Below, piece by piece: positions 28,110 to 37,525 of a DNA stretch of 64,000 nt (position 1 is its first letter; every line of letters starts with the position of its first letter). The stretch is taken from the NCBI GenBank assembly GCA_965204375.1, contig OZ241986.1, forward strand, positions 4,928,001-4,992,000, in the 5' to 3' direction. This DNA is from Candidatus Latescibacterota bacterium. Lineage in GTDB: Bacteria; Latescibacterota; UBA2968. The position numbers and the translations under genes were made by a program. The notes under the pieces were generated by a model that saw only the letters and a list, made by a program, of their open reading frames with translations, was not told where the DNA came from and made no database searches.

Positions 28110-29513
28110 TTAATTTCTGCGTAAACGCCACAAATAAGCCACCACACAGCCAGCAATACCCAGGGGGAAAAACAGAGTAATCGCATTGGTAATACGCACA
28201 GACAAAGGCAAATCGCGAGCACCGTATTTGCCGCGCGCAAAATCCGTCCAATCAGCCATCGTGCGATTGCGTACCTCGGCATCTCCCCACAACTGCTCCA
28301 ACTTCAGTGCTTCAGCCTCAGAAATAGGTACAGATGACAGCTTCTTGCGTTCTTCTTCTGACACGCCATCTGTCATCGCGTCCTTATAGGCAGCTTGCAA
28401 TGCCCGCTGTGAGTCAATGACCATCACGCCGATCAAATCGTTCAACACGCGCCAGCGCCCGCTACCCAGTTCAGCATCATATATCAAATCGGAACGCCAT
28501 TCAAAGGGATTTAACGTCACCGCAGCATCACTTTGATAGCGCGTGTACAGATCTGGCAATACGGTAAATCGGTTCAACTGCTTAACGACAGGACCGCCCG
28601 GCACGCCCTTTTTCAAAAACCAGAGCTTCTGCCCCGCATCGGACATCACAAACTCCAAAAATACCTGTGCCACCTCTATGTTTGGCGCACCCTTTAATAT
28701 GGCGATGCCATCGGGATTGACAATGGTCAAATTATCGGGCATCACAAAGCCCACGTATTCATCACCCACTTCTGCGACTTGTGCCCAGGCATAAAAGTCG
28801 ATAGACAAACCATAAGCCACTTCGCCCACAGCGACTTCCCTGGGGGCATAAGAGCCACCTTGTCCAAAATTTCGCACATTGGCCCCCATTGTGGTAATCA
28901 CTTCCCATCCTCTTTCCCAGCCATAAGCCTGCAAAATCAATTCATAAGCCATGTGAACGCTGCCACTCTTGCGCGGATCGCCCGAACCAACCCACGAAAA
29001 CAATTCCGGCGCGCCCAAATCTGCCCAGGTTTGGGGGAGGGGTAAATTCAAAATTTCAATCACGCGCCGATTATACACAATGCCAAAACCCGACAGCGTT
29101 GCACCATACCATTGATAGGCCGAATCATAAAGCGGAACCCCTCCAATTTGCGCGGGCAATCGATTGAGCGCGGCATCGGACAACCGATAGGGTAGGCACA
29201 GCCCGCGCTCAGACAAATCCACATAAGGCGCGGTGCCTCCGCCAAAAAAAATATCGATGCCAATGCCCTCTGGTGACCGCCCAAATTCCGATTTGATATA
29301 ACGCAAAATCGAACTCGTGCCTCCACCGATATCGAGCCACTCTACCCGCACATCTCGCCCTGTGGTCTCTTTATAAAAAGCCACAAAAGCCGACTCAAAC
29401 TCGTTTTGGATCTCATCTGAATGTGGCGACATCAACACCAACTGATCGGCATCACATGGCAAAACTATCAATCCGATAAGAGCAAAACAAAAAATGGCAT
29501 TGCAAGATTTCAT
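28110..29513 (-). CDS. ABC substrate-binding protein with extra C-terminal TM helix
   Basis: DIFFGGG, GIVYN, DPRKSGS motifs; signal peptide; hydrophobic tail ending WRLRRN. Confidence 0.85.
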   Translation of the reverse strand: MKSCNAIFCFALIGLIVLPCDADQLVLMSPHSDEIQNEFESAFVAFYKETTGRDVRVEWLDIGGGTSSILRYIKSEFGRSPEGIGIDIFFGGGTAPYVDLSERGLCLPYRLSDAALNRLPAQIGGVPLYDSAYQWYGATLSGFGIVYNRRVIEILNLPLPQTWADLGAPELFSWVGSGDPRKSGSVHMAYELILQAYGWERGWEVITTMGANVRNFGQGGSYAPREVAVGEVAYGLSIDFYAWAQVAEVGDEYVGFVMPDNLTIVNPDGIAILKGAPNIEVAQVFLEFVMSDAGQKLWFLKKGVPGGPVVKQLNRFTVLPDLYTRYQSDAAVTLNPFEWRSDLIYDAELGSGRWRVLNDLIGVMVIDSQRALQAAYKDAMTDGVSEEERKKLSSVPISEAEALKLEQLWGDAEVRNRTMADWTDFARGKYGARDLPLSVRITNAITLFFPLGIAGCVVAYLWRLRRN

Positions 29514-29593
29514 AACTGTTCACCCTGTATAACTTTAGCGCATAAACCGTATATAGTATGCCCTATCCGGTGTGTCAACGCCTTTTTGGTCCA

Positions 29594-29624
29594 CAAAAAA
29601 AGCACCCTGAATACAGGGTGCTTT
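29594..29624 (-). terminator. Intrinsic terminator after the Vgb-like gene
   Basis: AAAGCACCCTG-AATA-CAGGGTGCTTT with T-tract on minus strand. Confidence 0.7.
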
Positions 29625-29689
29625 AACCTGAGTTATGACCTATCTCTGCTTGTCCTTAAAATCTGTTCTCCTGGCGATGGGATAAACAG

Positions 29690-30889
29690 CTAATTAGGCG
29701 TTTCAATCCGTACAATTCGATTCCCGGCTGAATCGACGACCCAGACAACAAAACCTGTGCGATCAACGCGTAAGTTTTTGACCTCAACATCATCATCGGA
29801 AATCTCATAGAGCGTAAACGTCGTATCTTGCAAACTAAAACTGGTCAGCCATCCCGACGATTGCCCACCGATCCAAACGCGATCATTCGAATCGACATGC
29901 AAAGCATGAGGCGATTGTATTTTTTCGGGAAACCGAAAATAGCGCGTTTGTTTGGAGACAAAATCAAACATGCCCAGCCTCGTCGAATCCGTATCCGTAA
30001 ACCACACCTTCCCCATTGAATCCAATCCCATTTGCCCAATTGCAAGACTATCACTTGGAAGCGCAAAGGTCGTAATCTCTTCGGTTTCGGGATCGAGTGC
30101 ACCCACCAGGCTTTGCTCGTGATCGACGAACCAGACCTGCCCACTGTTATCTATCTGAAGCGAACCAAGCGCGACATCGACATCTTGCTCACCAATTGAA
30201 AATTCTTCTATCGTCTCGGTGACGGGATCCAACCGGGCAATGCGATCAGCTGCACTCTCGATAAACCAGAGCTTCCATTGATCGTCAAATTTCAAACTCC
30301 TGGGCCGACTGCCCGGAGTCGGAATTGTAAACTCCTGAATATCATCGGAGAAGGGATCCAGGACGCCAATGCGGTTGGCGGCGATTTCTGAAAACCAGAC
30401 GTGTCCCTGGCTGTCGAGGGCAATACTGTGTGGTTGTGCACCCGGCGTGGTCAAAGAAAATCGGAGAATCATATCTGTGCGCGGCTCTAATCGGCCAATT
30501 GCATTGGCCCCCATCTCTGTGAACCATATATACCCTCGCGGGTCAATTGCCAGATCATTTGGCCGGCTATTCGCCGTCAAAAGCTCAAAAAATTCGACCC
30601 GAGGAAAAACTTCTTGCTCTTCGACTTCCTCGGTAATCGGCACGACGACTTCAGAGGTATCTCCCTGGTTATAAGCACCGGCAAAAATGATAAGATCTTT
30701 AAAATTAATCACGCCATCCGGGTGCAAATCATACTTCGCATCATATGAACCAAAGGCTTCGGTCAGAGCCAAAAGATCTTGCAGATCAACGACGCCGTTA
30801 TCGTCAAAATCAACATCGATATCTGATTGCGCGTATCCCGAAAGGGGAAAAAGCACGACCAGCATCATATAGACAACTTTTCGATACAT
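29690..30889 (-). CDS. Secreted dockerin/EF-hand-like plus virginiamycin B lyase-like beta-propeller protein
   Basis: DFDDNGVVDLQD…DLHPDGVINFKD; repeated DxxGxIWFTE…N.IGRLxP blades. Confidence 0.8.
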   Translation of the reverse strand: MYRKVVYMMLVVLFPLSGYAQSDIDVDFDDNGVVDLQDLLALTEAFGSYDAKYDLHPDGVINFKDLIIFAGAYNQGDTSEVVVPITEEVEEQEVFPRVEFFELLTANSRPNDLAIDPRGYIWFTEMGANAIGRLEPRTDMILRFSLTTPGAQPHSIALDSQGHVWFSEIAANRIGVLDPFSDDIQEFTIPTPGSRPRSLKFDDQWKLWFIESAADRIARLDPVTETIEEFSIGEQDVDVALGSLQIDNSGQVWFVDHEQSLVGALDPETEEITTFALPSDSLAIGQMGLDSMGKVWFTDTDSTRLGMFDFVSKQTRYFRFPEKIQSPHALHVDSNDRVWIGGQSSGWLTSFSLQDTTFTLYEISDDDVEVKNLRVDRTGFVVWVVDSAGNRIVRIETPN

Positions 30890-31064
30890 TACGGCTCCAG
30901 AACAGCGGTGAATCTTCACAGATACATAATTTGCGCTTATAGAGGACCACTAATATCTAATATTTCCTAAAGAAATATATTTATGAAAATACACGCCCTC
31001 TGTCAAGCGTTTTCTACAATTTCAGGTGGTATAAATGCATTATTATACAATATATAGACACCTT

Positions 31065-32360
31065 TTACATCTCTCTCAGCATATCAATCGTCGTCGTTTT
31101 AATCATATCTTCACACGCCGCACTTATCATTAATGTTCCATAATACTTAAAAGCTTGTTCGACTTCGTATCCACCAACGGGATAGGCATCGGCAGTCGGA
31201 ACGTACCCAATACACCCATTGGTATATCCCAGTGCAATAGTTCTATCAAAAGGAGAATCATCATCTAAAAACAACTGGTAATCGACAAACATCTCCCCCG
31301 GATACCCCACCACTGCCATATCGCCAATGTGTATGGTCTGAATCTCAAACGACTCTGTTGGACTTCCGCCTCTTCTCGCAGCCTGCACATAATCCTTTGC
31401 CCACCCGACCATCCCTTCGTATTGTTGGCGGCGGCGGTAGGGCGTTATATTTTTATCTTCTCGCACGCGTTGCAAATTCGCTGTGGCATCTGCAAGTGCA
31501 CGCTCCGCTTCATCGACATTGGGTACCATAAGAGGTAATTCGACAACTCGATTATTCACCCCCAGAACATCGCCTTCTAACGTCTCGGCCTGCAATGCAG
31601 CCGTCACGGTTGCCGCGCCCAGGCGCGTGCCCAACAACTCGCACCCCTCAAACTTCCCGTCCTTTGGCGCACAGTTAATATCCCCACAACAACCCTGCAA
31701 AAACAGAGGCATTGCCAAATTATCCCGCACAAACTGCGCGGCATATCCCGGAAACTCTGCACTGATCGATAGCGCATTCAAATTCACGGGATGCGCCGCA
31801 GTCGCGAATACAACAGCCACAGGTACACCGCCTGCTGTATCTACGCGCACCACATCGACCCAGGGGGCTTCGGGACCTTTGGGATGATGCCCCAGCACGA
31901 TGCGTCCGTCGCGCATCTCTCTGCGGTTATGTGCAATGCGCACGGGTGCTCGCCCCTGCGAAAGCGATGCGGGTATCGCCCCTTCTGCCGCCATTTTAAT
32001 TGCCCCAACGATCTTGCGGCACAACACATCCTCATAAGCTGCATCGCGGTCGCCCATACACCGGAAAGCCATCACAGAGGGTCCCGAATGGGAATGTGAC
32101 CCATTGAGCAAAATATGTCCCCTTGGAATCCCGACTGAATGCTCGACCATCTCCCGGATCCGATTGACCAGATCCGGTGCAAAACTGATCACATCAGCTC
32201 CCACAATTGCGACCTGCGTCTTGCCGTCATCCAGTACCAGTGCCCTGGCGTACAACTCGTCGTGTATCGCCTCAGAGGGTCCTCCGCGCGCGGCAAATCC
32301 ACACATTGAAATCCCCACTGGCGGCGTGATATTCACCTCTGAAATCCCTGCTTTTATCAT
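31065..32360 (-). CDS. Neutral/alkaline ceramidase-like hydrolase
   Basis: NITPPVG, HDELYARALV, SHSHSGP, QGCCGDIN, PGEMF, GYVPT…GGYE. Confidence 0.8.
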   Translation of the reverse strand: MIKAGISEVNITPPVGISMCGFAARGGPSEAIHDELYARALVLDDGKTQVAIVGADVISFAPDLVNRIREMVEHSVGIPRGHILLNGSHSHSGPSVMAFRCMGDRDAAYEDVLCRKIVGAIKMAAEGAIPASLSQGRAPVRIAHNRREMRDGRIVLGHHPKGPEAPWVDVVRVDTAGGVPVAVVFATAAHPVNLNALSISAEFPGYAAQFVRDNLAMPLFLQGCCGDINCAPKDGKFEGCELLGTRLGAATVTAALQAETLEGDVLGVNNRVVELPLMVPNVDEAERALADATANLQRVREDKNITPYRRRQQYEGMVGWAKDYVQAARRGGSPTESFEIQTIHIGDMAVVGYPGEMFVDYQLFLDDDSPFDRTIALGYTNGCIGYVPTADAYPVGGYEVEQAFKYYGTLMISAACEDMIKTTTIDMLREM

Positions 32361-32380
32361 GTCATACTCCTTTCACACTT

Positions 32381-33388
32381 CTAAAACGCCCCTGTCCTCG
32401 ACTCGTATTTTGTCGGTTTGCCCAATGTGCGCCCATCGCTCATAACCCAGTGTGCAACCCACGAGACGATTTTTTCAACGGGAACCCGCGGTGCGCCCAT
32501 CTCCTCAAACAGCACCCCTGCATCACCCAATAGCGCTGTCTCGCGCTCTTCGCCTTCAAACACGGGATCAATATCAAAATGCTCGCCCAATTGCAAAGCC
32601 AAATTGCGCACCGACAACACATCTCTACCCGTCATATTCACCACGCGTGCGGGACATGCACAAAACGGAAACATCCGCGCCAAATACGCATTCGCATCGC
32701 CCTGCCAGATCTGATTGACATAGCCCATAGACAGATCAATAGGCGTCTCGGATTTAATCTTCTCGGCAATATCCAAAATGATGCCATAGCGCAACTCAGT
32801 CGCGTAAAACAAACGCACAATTGCCAGAGGCGTTTGATTCTCTTTGCAATAAAACTCGGCAAGCCGTTCACCGCCCAGCCGGGACATGGCGTATTCGCCA
32901 ATCGGATTGACAGCAGCATCCTCCTGAGCACCCGACCCTGTCACCGAAGCAAATTCGTAAACATTCCCAGAAGATACATAAACAATGCGAGAATCTGGAA
33001 ATTGTTGCATGACTTTTGCGGGTAATACCGCATTCATCGCCCAGATCAATGGCTCATTGCCTGTTGCCCCAAACTTATGTCCGGCCATTAAATAGAGATA
33101 CGGCACGCGAGGCAACCGCGCCAGCCCTTCATCGTCCAGCAAATCGCACTTGATCGTCGCAATACCCCGCGACTCCAGATCATCGCGATCCAGCGGATTG
33201 GAAAACCGCGACACGCCAATCACCTCATCTGCGCCAGCGCGCAGTAGCAACTCTGCCAAAGTCGGTCCCATCTTTCCCGCGATACCCAAAATCATCACGG
33301 GACCATCTAACTTTGACACAGCCTCGACCACTTCGGGCGATGGGGTCGTCATCTGATCGATCAATTCTTCTTCTGTTTTAATCACCAT
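32381..33388 (-). CDS. NAD-dependent epimerase/dehydratase
   Basis: ILGIAGKMG, SSGNVY, GEYAMSRLG, NQIWQGDAN. Confidence 0.85.
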   Translation of the reverse strand: MVIKTEEELIDQMTTPSPEVVEAVSKLDGPVMILGIAGKMGPTLAELLLRAGADEVIGVSRFSNPLDRDDLESRGIATIKCDLLDDEGLARLPRVPYLYLMAGHKFGATGNEPLIWAMNAVLPAKVMQQFPDSRIVYVSSGNVYEFASVTGSGAQEDAAVNPIGEYAMSRLGGERLAEFYCKENQTPLAIVRLFYATELRYGIILDIAEKIKSETPIDLSMGYVNQIWQGDANAYLARMFPFCACPARVVNMTGRDVLSVRNLALQLGEHFDIDPVFEGEERETALLGDAGVLFEEMGAPRVPVEKIVSWVAHWVMSDGRTLGKPTKYESRTGAF

Positions 33389-33415
33389 AGTCGTTCTCTC
33401 CCATGGATACACAGC

Positions 33416-33546
33416 CGAATCTACGAATCTACGAATCTACGAACCCCGCCCATCCTCCCAAAATCTGTGTGTATCTCCATTCGTCTATTCGTCTATTCGT
33501 CTATTCGTCTATTCGTCTATTCGTCTATTCGTCTATTCGTCTATTC
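33416..33546. repeat. Octamer tandem repeats in a divergent promoter region
   Basis: (CGAATCTA)x3.5 at 33416-33443 and (ATTCGTCT)x8.5 at 33479-33546. Confidence 0.9.
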
Positions 33547-33617
33547 TCTTGACTTCTATCCCATCAAATAATAGGTTTGAGTCACAACCATAACGAACCT
33601 CAAACCACAACAGATTT

Positions 33618-35393
33618 ATGGCCTTTATCAAACAAATCTACGACCTGCTCGAAGGTCGCCGTCTCTTTATGGCATGCTGCATCGCCTGTGGACTTATTTT
33701 TGCATCGGCCAATCTCATCCCACCATTGCTCATCCGCAAACTCATCCAGTGGCTCACCGAAGCAAAACCCGCAGGGGACCTCATAGAAGTCAGCCTCTTA
33801 CTCCTTGGGATTTACCTGCTTCGCGGTGTCTCCCGTTATGGTTATGGCTTTTTTTCCCACGTCACTGCCTATCGCGTGATGCACGCACTTATGACGCGCG
33901 TGTACAAGCACCTGCAAAACCTATCCCATAGCTTTTTCAATCGGCAGCGCACCGGCAATCTCATGGCCCGATCCATCAACGATATCGAAGCCATCGAAGA
34001 CTTTATCGCACACGGCATACCCGAAACCGCGCTCGCCACGGTTATCCCCATATCCATGGTCGCCGTACTCTTTTACCTCAATCCGGAACTCGCCCTCATC
34101 GCCATATTGCCCATCCCGCTCACGGCATTTCTCGTATATCGCTATGTATCCAAAGTGCGTGCCATGTGGCATGCAGTACGCGAGCGGCTCTCTGAACTCG
34201 CCGCCCTCGTACAGGATAACATGTCGGGCATTGCCGTCATCAAATCATTTGCTCGCGAGCGGGAATGCGCCCGTCAGGTAACCCACCGCAGCGCCACCTT
34301 TCACGACCGCTTGATCAAAGCCAACACAGTCTCGCTCCTGCCCGCTGGCATCATCGAAGCCACAGGTGGACTGGGCATTGTACTCGTCATCTGGAGCGGT
34401 GGCAATATGGCCCTCAGCGACAGCATCTCGGTAGCTGATCTATTTGTCTTTATTGTCTATATGGGCCACATCTACCAGCCTTTTTTGCAACTGGCGTCTT
34501 TTAACGATGTATTGCAAAAAGCCGCCGCCAGCACAGACCGCGTTTTTCAACTCCTCGCTATCCGTCCGGAAATTACCGACGCGCCCGGTGTCACCGTGCC
34601 CAAAACCATCACATGGGATATCCATATCGACGCACTCACCTTTGGATATGATCCCAACACACCCGTCTTGCAAGACATCGACCTGCACATTGACGAAGGA
34701 GATATCCTCGCACTCGTCGGGCCCACGGGAGCGGGCAAATCAACCCTTGCCAACCTCTTGCCCCGATTTTATGACCCCCAACAGGGCGCGGTTCGCATTG
34801 GCGGATATGACCTGCGCGATCTACCCCTCTCTTTTGTGCGCCAAAATATCGCCTCAGTCCTTCAAGACGTCTTTTTATTTCACGGCACAGTATATGAAAA
34901 TCTGATCTTTGGTCGTCCAGATGCGACCGAACGCACAGTTCGAGAAGCCGCACAAGCAGCCAATGCCCATGCCTTTATTCGCGACCTGCCCAAAGGATAT
35001 GACACCGTGATTGGAGAACGAGGCGTGCGATTATCCGGCGGTGAAAAACAACGCCTCTCCATAGCCCGAGCACTGCTTAAAGACGCCCCCATACTCATCC
35101 TTGATGAAGCCACATCTTCTGTTGACGTTGAAACCGAAGCACTTATTCAAGAAGCCCTTTATCGCCTCACGCAAAATCGCACCACCCTCGTCATTGCCCA
35201 TCGCCTCTCCACTGTGCGCCGGTCGCCCACCATTGCTGTAATCGACGAAGGGCGCGTGGTCGAAACGGGCAACCACGGTTCCCTCATTGACCGAGATGGA
35301 CTCTATGCGCGCATGGTTCGGGCGCAAGACCTCACGCGCAATGGAGAAATACTATCGCGCATTGCAACCCGCGAGTCGCAGGTCGCGGATTAA
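33618..35393 (+). CDS. ABC exporter, fused permease/ATPase (MsbA-like)
   Basis: GPTGAGKS, LSGGEKQR, ILDEATS, N-terminal TM domain. Confidence 0.92.
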   Translation: MAFIKQIYDLLEGRRLFMACCIACGLIFASANLIPPLLIRKLIQWLTEAKPAGDLIEVSLLLLGIYLLRGVSRYGYGFFSHVTAYRVMHALMTRVYKHLQNLSHSFFNRQRTGNLMARSINDIEAIEDFIAHGIPETALATVIPISMVAVLFYLNPELALIAILPIPLTAFLVYRYVSKVRAMWHAVRERLSELAALVQDNMSGIAVIKSFARERECARQVTHRSATFHDRLIKANTVSLLPAGIIEATGGLGIVLVIWSGGNMALSDSISVADLFVFIVYMGHIYQPFLQLASFNDVLQKAAASTDRVFQLLAIRPEITDAPGVTVPKTITWDIHIDALTFGYDPNTPVLQDIDLHIDEGDILALVGPTGAGKSTLANLLPRFYDPQQGAVRIGGYDLRDLPLSFVRQNIASVLQDVFLFHGTVYENLIFGRPDATERTVREAAQAANAHAFIRDLPKGYDTVIGERGVRLSGGEKQRLSIARALLKDAPILILDEATSSVDVETEALIQEALYRLTQNRTTLVIAHRLSTVRRSPTIAVIDEGRVVETGNHGSLIDRDGLYARMVRAQDLTRNGEILSRIATRESQVAD

Positions 35394-35429
35394 AGCGGTG
35401 AGACGTAAGACACCCCGCCTCTTGCCTTT

Positions 35430-35458
35430 CTTCGTGTCCCTTCGTGTCCTTCGTGGAT
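35430..35458. repeat. Short CTTCGTG(TCC) tandem repeat between convergent genes
   Basis: CTTCGTGTCC-CTTCGTGTC-CTTCGTGG. Confidence 0.55.
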
Positions 35459-35468
35459 TACCTCCCGC

Positions 35469-36977
35469 CTATTGAATTTTCGCCCAATCGGGCATCACCC
35501 CGAGTTCAATACCCAGCACAACGCGACCAACAACAGCAATCGCAGCAGTAATCATCACCGCTCCTATCAAATTCAACCCTACGCCCACGCGCGCCATATC
35601 GCGCATCGCAATTCTATCCGTGCCAAACACAATTGCATTGGGCGGCGTAGCTACCGGCAACATAAACGCACAAGAACACGACAACGTGGCTGGAATCATC
35701 AGCAACAATGGATTGAGACCTACAGCCACAGATAACGCCGCCAAAACCGGAAGAAACATCTCTGCCGTTGCCGTATTGGAAGTCAACTCTGTCAAAAAAG
35801 TCATCATTACACACAAACCACCGACCAAAAATAGAGGATGCAAGCGCCCCATACCCTCTAACTGCTGCGCGCACCAGAGCGACAACCCCGACTCCTTAAA
35901 CCCACTTGCCAGAGCAAATCCACCGCCAATCAGCAACACAATATGCCAGGGCACGTTGCCAGCCGTTTGCCAATCCATCACTCTGGATTTCGCACCATCT
36001 CGCGCGGGTACGACAAATAAAATCAAAGCCATTGCCATAGCAACTGACCCATCGGTTATCAATCCGCCAGATTCGAAAAACTGAGACCAGCCCGGCAGCG
36101 TCCAATCGCCAATTTGAATGGGGCGTCTCGACAACCACAACAGCGCCAACAGCACAAAATCGGCCAGCACGATCTTCTCGGCAAATGACATTGGCCCCAA
36201 CTCGGCATATTGCGTTCGCACCACACTCAGATCAATATCATCGCCGCGACCGCGAATACCAAAAACGAGACAAAGCGCGCCCCACGCACAAACGAGCATC
36301 ACGCATGCCAGAGGCAGAGCAAACGCAAACCACGTCGCAAACGAAATCTCGGGAACCTCTGAAAAATGAATCGACAAAATCCTCACAAAAGACAAATTGG
36401 TCGGCGTACCCACAAGCGTTGCACTCCCACCAATTGAAGCCGCATAAGCCACCCCCAGAAACACCGCCGTGCCAAAAGAACCAGATGCCACACCCTGCTC
36501 TTCCATTCTAACCACAATAGCAAGTGCAATAGGCACCATCATCATCGTTGTTGCCGTATTGGAAATCCACATGGACAAAAACGCCGTTACCAGCATAAAA
36601 CCCGTCAGGATACACCGGGGACACCCTCCAAAAAGGAGCAGCAAGCGCAGGGCAATTCGCCGGTGTAAATTCCAGCGCTGCATGGCCAGTGCCACCATAA
36701 AACCACCGACAAACAAAAAGATAATGTGATTCAAATAAAGTGGCGCAACCTCTTGCCCGCTCATAATACCCAGCAGGGGAAACAGCACAACGGGCAACAG
36801 TGCCGTCGCAGCCAAAGGCACGGCCTCTGTCATCCACCAAACCGCCATCCAGCAGGCCACACCTGCCGTATGTGTTACCTCGGGATGTCCCGGCTTGAGG
36901 TCTCCAAAAACCGTGACACTCAGCCCAATTATCGGACCGAGCCACAGCCCCCAGCGTTCTATTTTTTTATTCAGCAT
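35469..36977 (-). CDS. SLC13/DASS sodium:dicarboxylate/sulfate symporter
   Basis: SMWISNTAT, GTPTN, TSNTATA, FMLPVATPPNAI. Confidence 0.92.
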   Translation of the reverse strand: MLNKKIERWGLWLGPIIGLSVTVFGDLKPGHPEVTHTAGVACWMAVWWMTEAVPLAATALLPVVLFPLLGIMSGQEVAPLYLNHIIFLFVGGFMVALAMQRWNLHRRIALRLLLLFGGCPRCILTGFMLVTAFLSMWISNTATTMMMVPIALAIVVRMEEQGVASGSFGTAVFLGVAYAASIGGSATLVGTPTNLSFVRILSIHFSEVPEISFATWFAFALPLACVMLVCAWGALCLVFGIRGRGDDIDLSVVRTQYAELGPMSFAEKIVLADFVLLALLWLSRRPIQIGDWTLPGWSQFFESGGLITDGSVAMAMALILFVVPARDGAKSRVMDWQTAGNVPWHIVLLIGGGFALASGFKESGLSLWCAQQLEGMGRLHPLFLVGGLCVMMTFLTELTSNTATAEMFLPVLAALSVAVGLNPLLLMIPATLSCSCAFMLPVATPPNAIVFGTDRIAMRDMARVGVGLNLIGAVMITAAIAVVGRVVLGIELGVMPDWAKIQ

Positions 36978-37104
36978 AGCTTCTCCATGGTCACATCTTT
37001 TAGAGATTCAACAATATATACCATAAAACAAAAAGTTAAAACTTGTTTGAGCCAACAAAAAATTGCACCTTTTGGGAACCTTTCCAACCCTTAAAAGTAA
37101 AAGA

Positions 37105-37182
37105 ATATGCGACAAAGCGTGTCGCAAAAATATCGGCGTTGACTCCTATACCCCGGCTGAGTCAACGCCGTTACTCTTTCTT
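37105..37182 (+). ncRNA. Candidate small RNA A
   Basis: GGAAC-N17-GTAA upstream; hairpins GCGACA/TGTCGC and perfect 12-bp CGGCGTTGACTC/GAGTCAACGCCG with C-rich loop and T-rich tail. Confidence 0.45.
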
Positions 37183-37212
37183 GGAACTCTTTTCTGTACA
37201 AATGCGTCTAAT

Positions 37213-37278
37213 CCGGTACCATGCAACATCCCTTGAGGCGTTGGTTATTCCCTCCCGACCGACGCCTCTTATTTTTAT
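37213..37278 (+). ncRNA. Candidate small RNA B with UCCCUCCCG loop
   Basis: ECF-like promoter GGAAC-N17-CGTC (37183-37208); 11-bp stem with G-U pair; TTATTTTT tail. Confidence 0.55.
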
Positions 37279-37282
37279 AACT

Positions 37283-37305
37283 AAAAAAACTCCCCTCGGG
37301 GAGTT
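37283..37305 (-). terminator. Terminator after sigma and small-protein genes
   Basis: AACTCCCC-GA-GGGGAGTTTTTTT on minus strand. Confidence 0.75.
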
Positions 37306-37334
37306 GATATGCAGCGCCATTTCTGCTTATATCC

Positions 37335-37511
37335 TCACTTATTGGACTGCCAGCCAAGCGGAAACCGCCGCTCCTGCAAAATACGCCTGGCTTTATCTTT
37401 TTGTCCTTTCTCAATAAACCTGAGCAAAGACCGCACATCATCCGCGGTATAAACCCAATGCGTTTCATCGGGATTCAATCCATAACGCGGATCAACATAT
37501 TCTGTACGCAT
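37335..37511 (-). CDS. Unannotated 58-aa hypothetical protein downstream of the sigma factor
   Basis: AAGGAGGT RBS; MRTEYVDPRYGLNPDETHWVYTADDVRSLLRFIEKGQKDKARRILQERRFPLGWQSNK; followed by terminator. Confidence 0.7.
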   Translation of the reverse strand: MRTEYVDPRYGLNPDETHWVYTADDVRSLLRFIEKGQKDKARRILQERRFPLGWQSNK

Positions 37512-37525
37512 ACAAACCTCCTTTC

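Noticed and set aside
33416-33546. Possible CRISPR array
   Set aside because: Units are 8 bp with no spacers and no cas genes nearby
37290-37337. Read-through of the TGA ending the 58-aa ORF as a second selenoprotein
   Set aside because: The downstream hairpin is a T-tailed terminator and there is no Cys-like motif context
37043-37468. Track ORFs 37043-37417 (+) and 37208-37468 (-)
   Set aside because: No RBS and they run through hairpins and terminators; the 58-aa ORF in another frame is better supported
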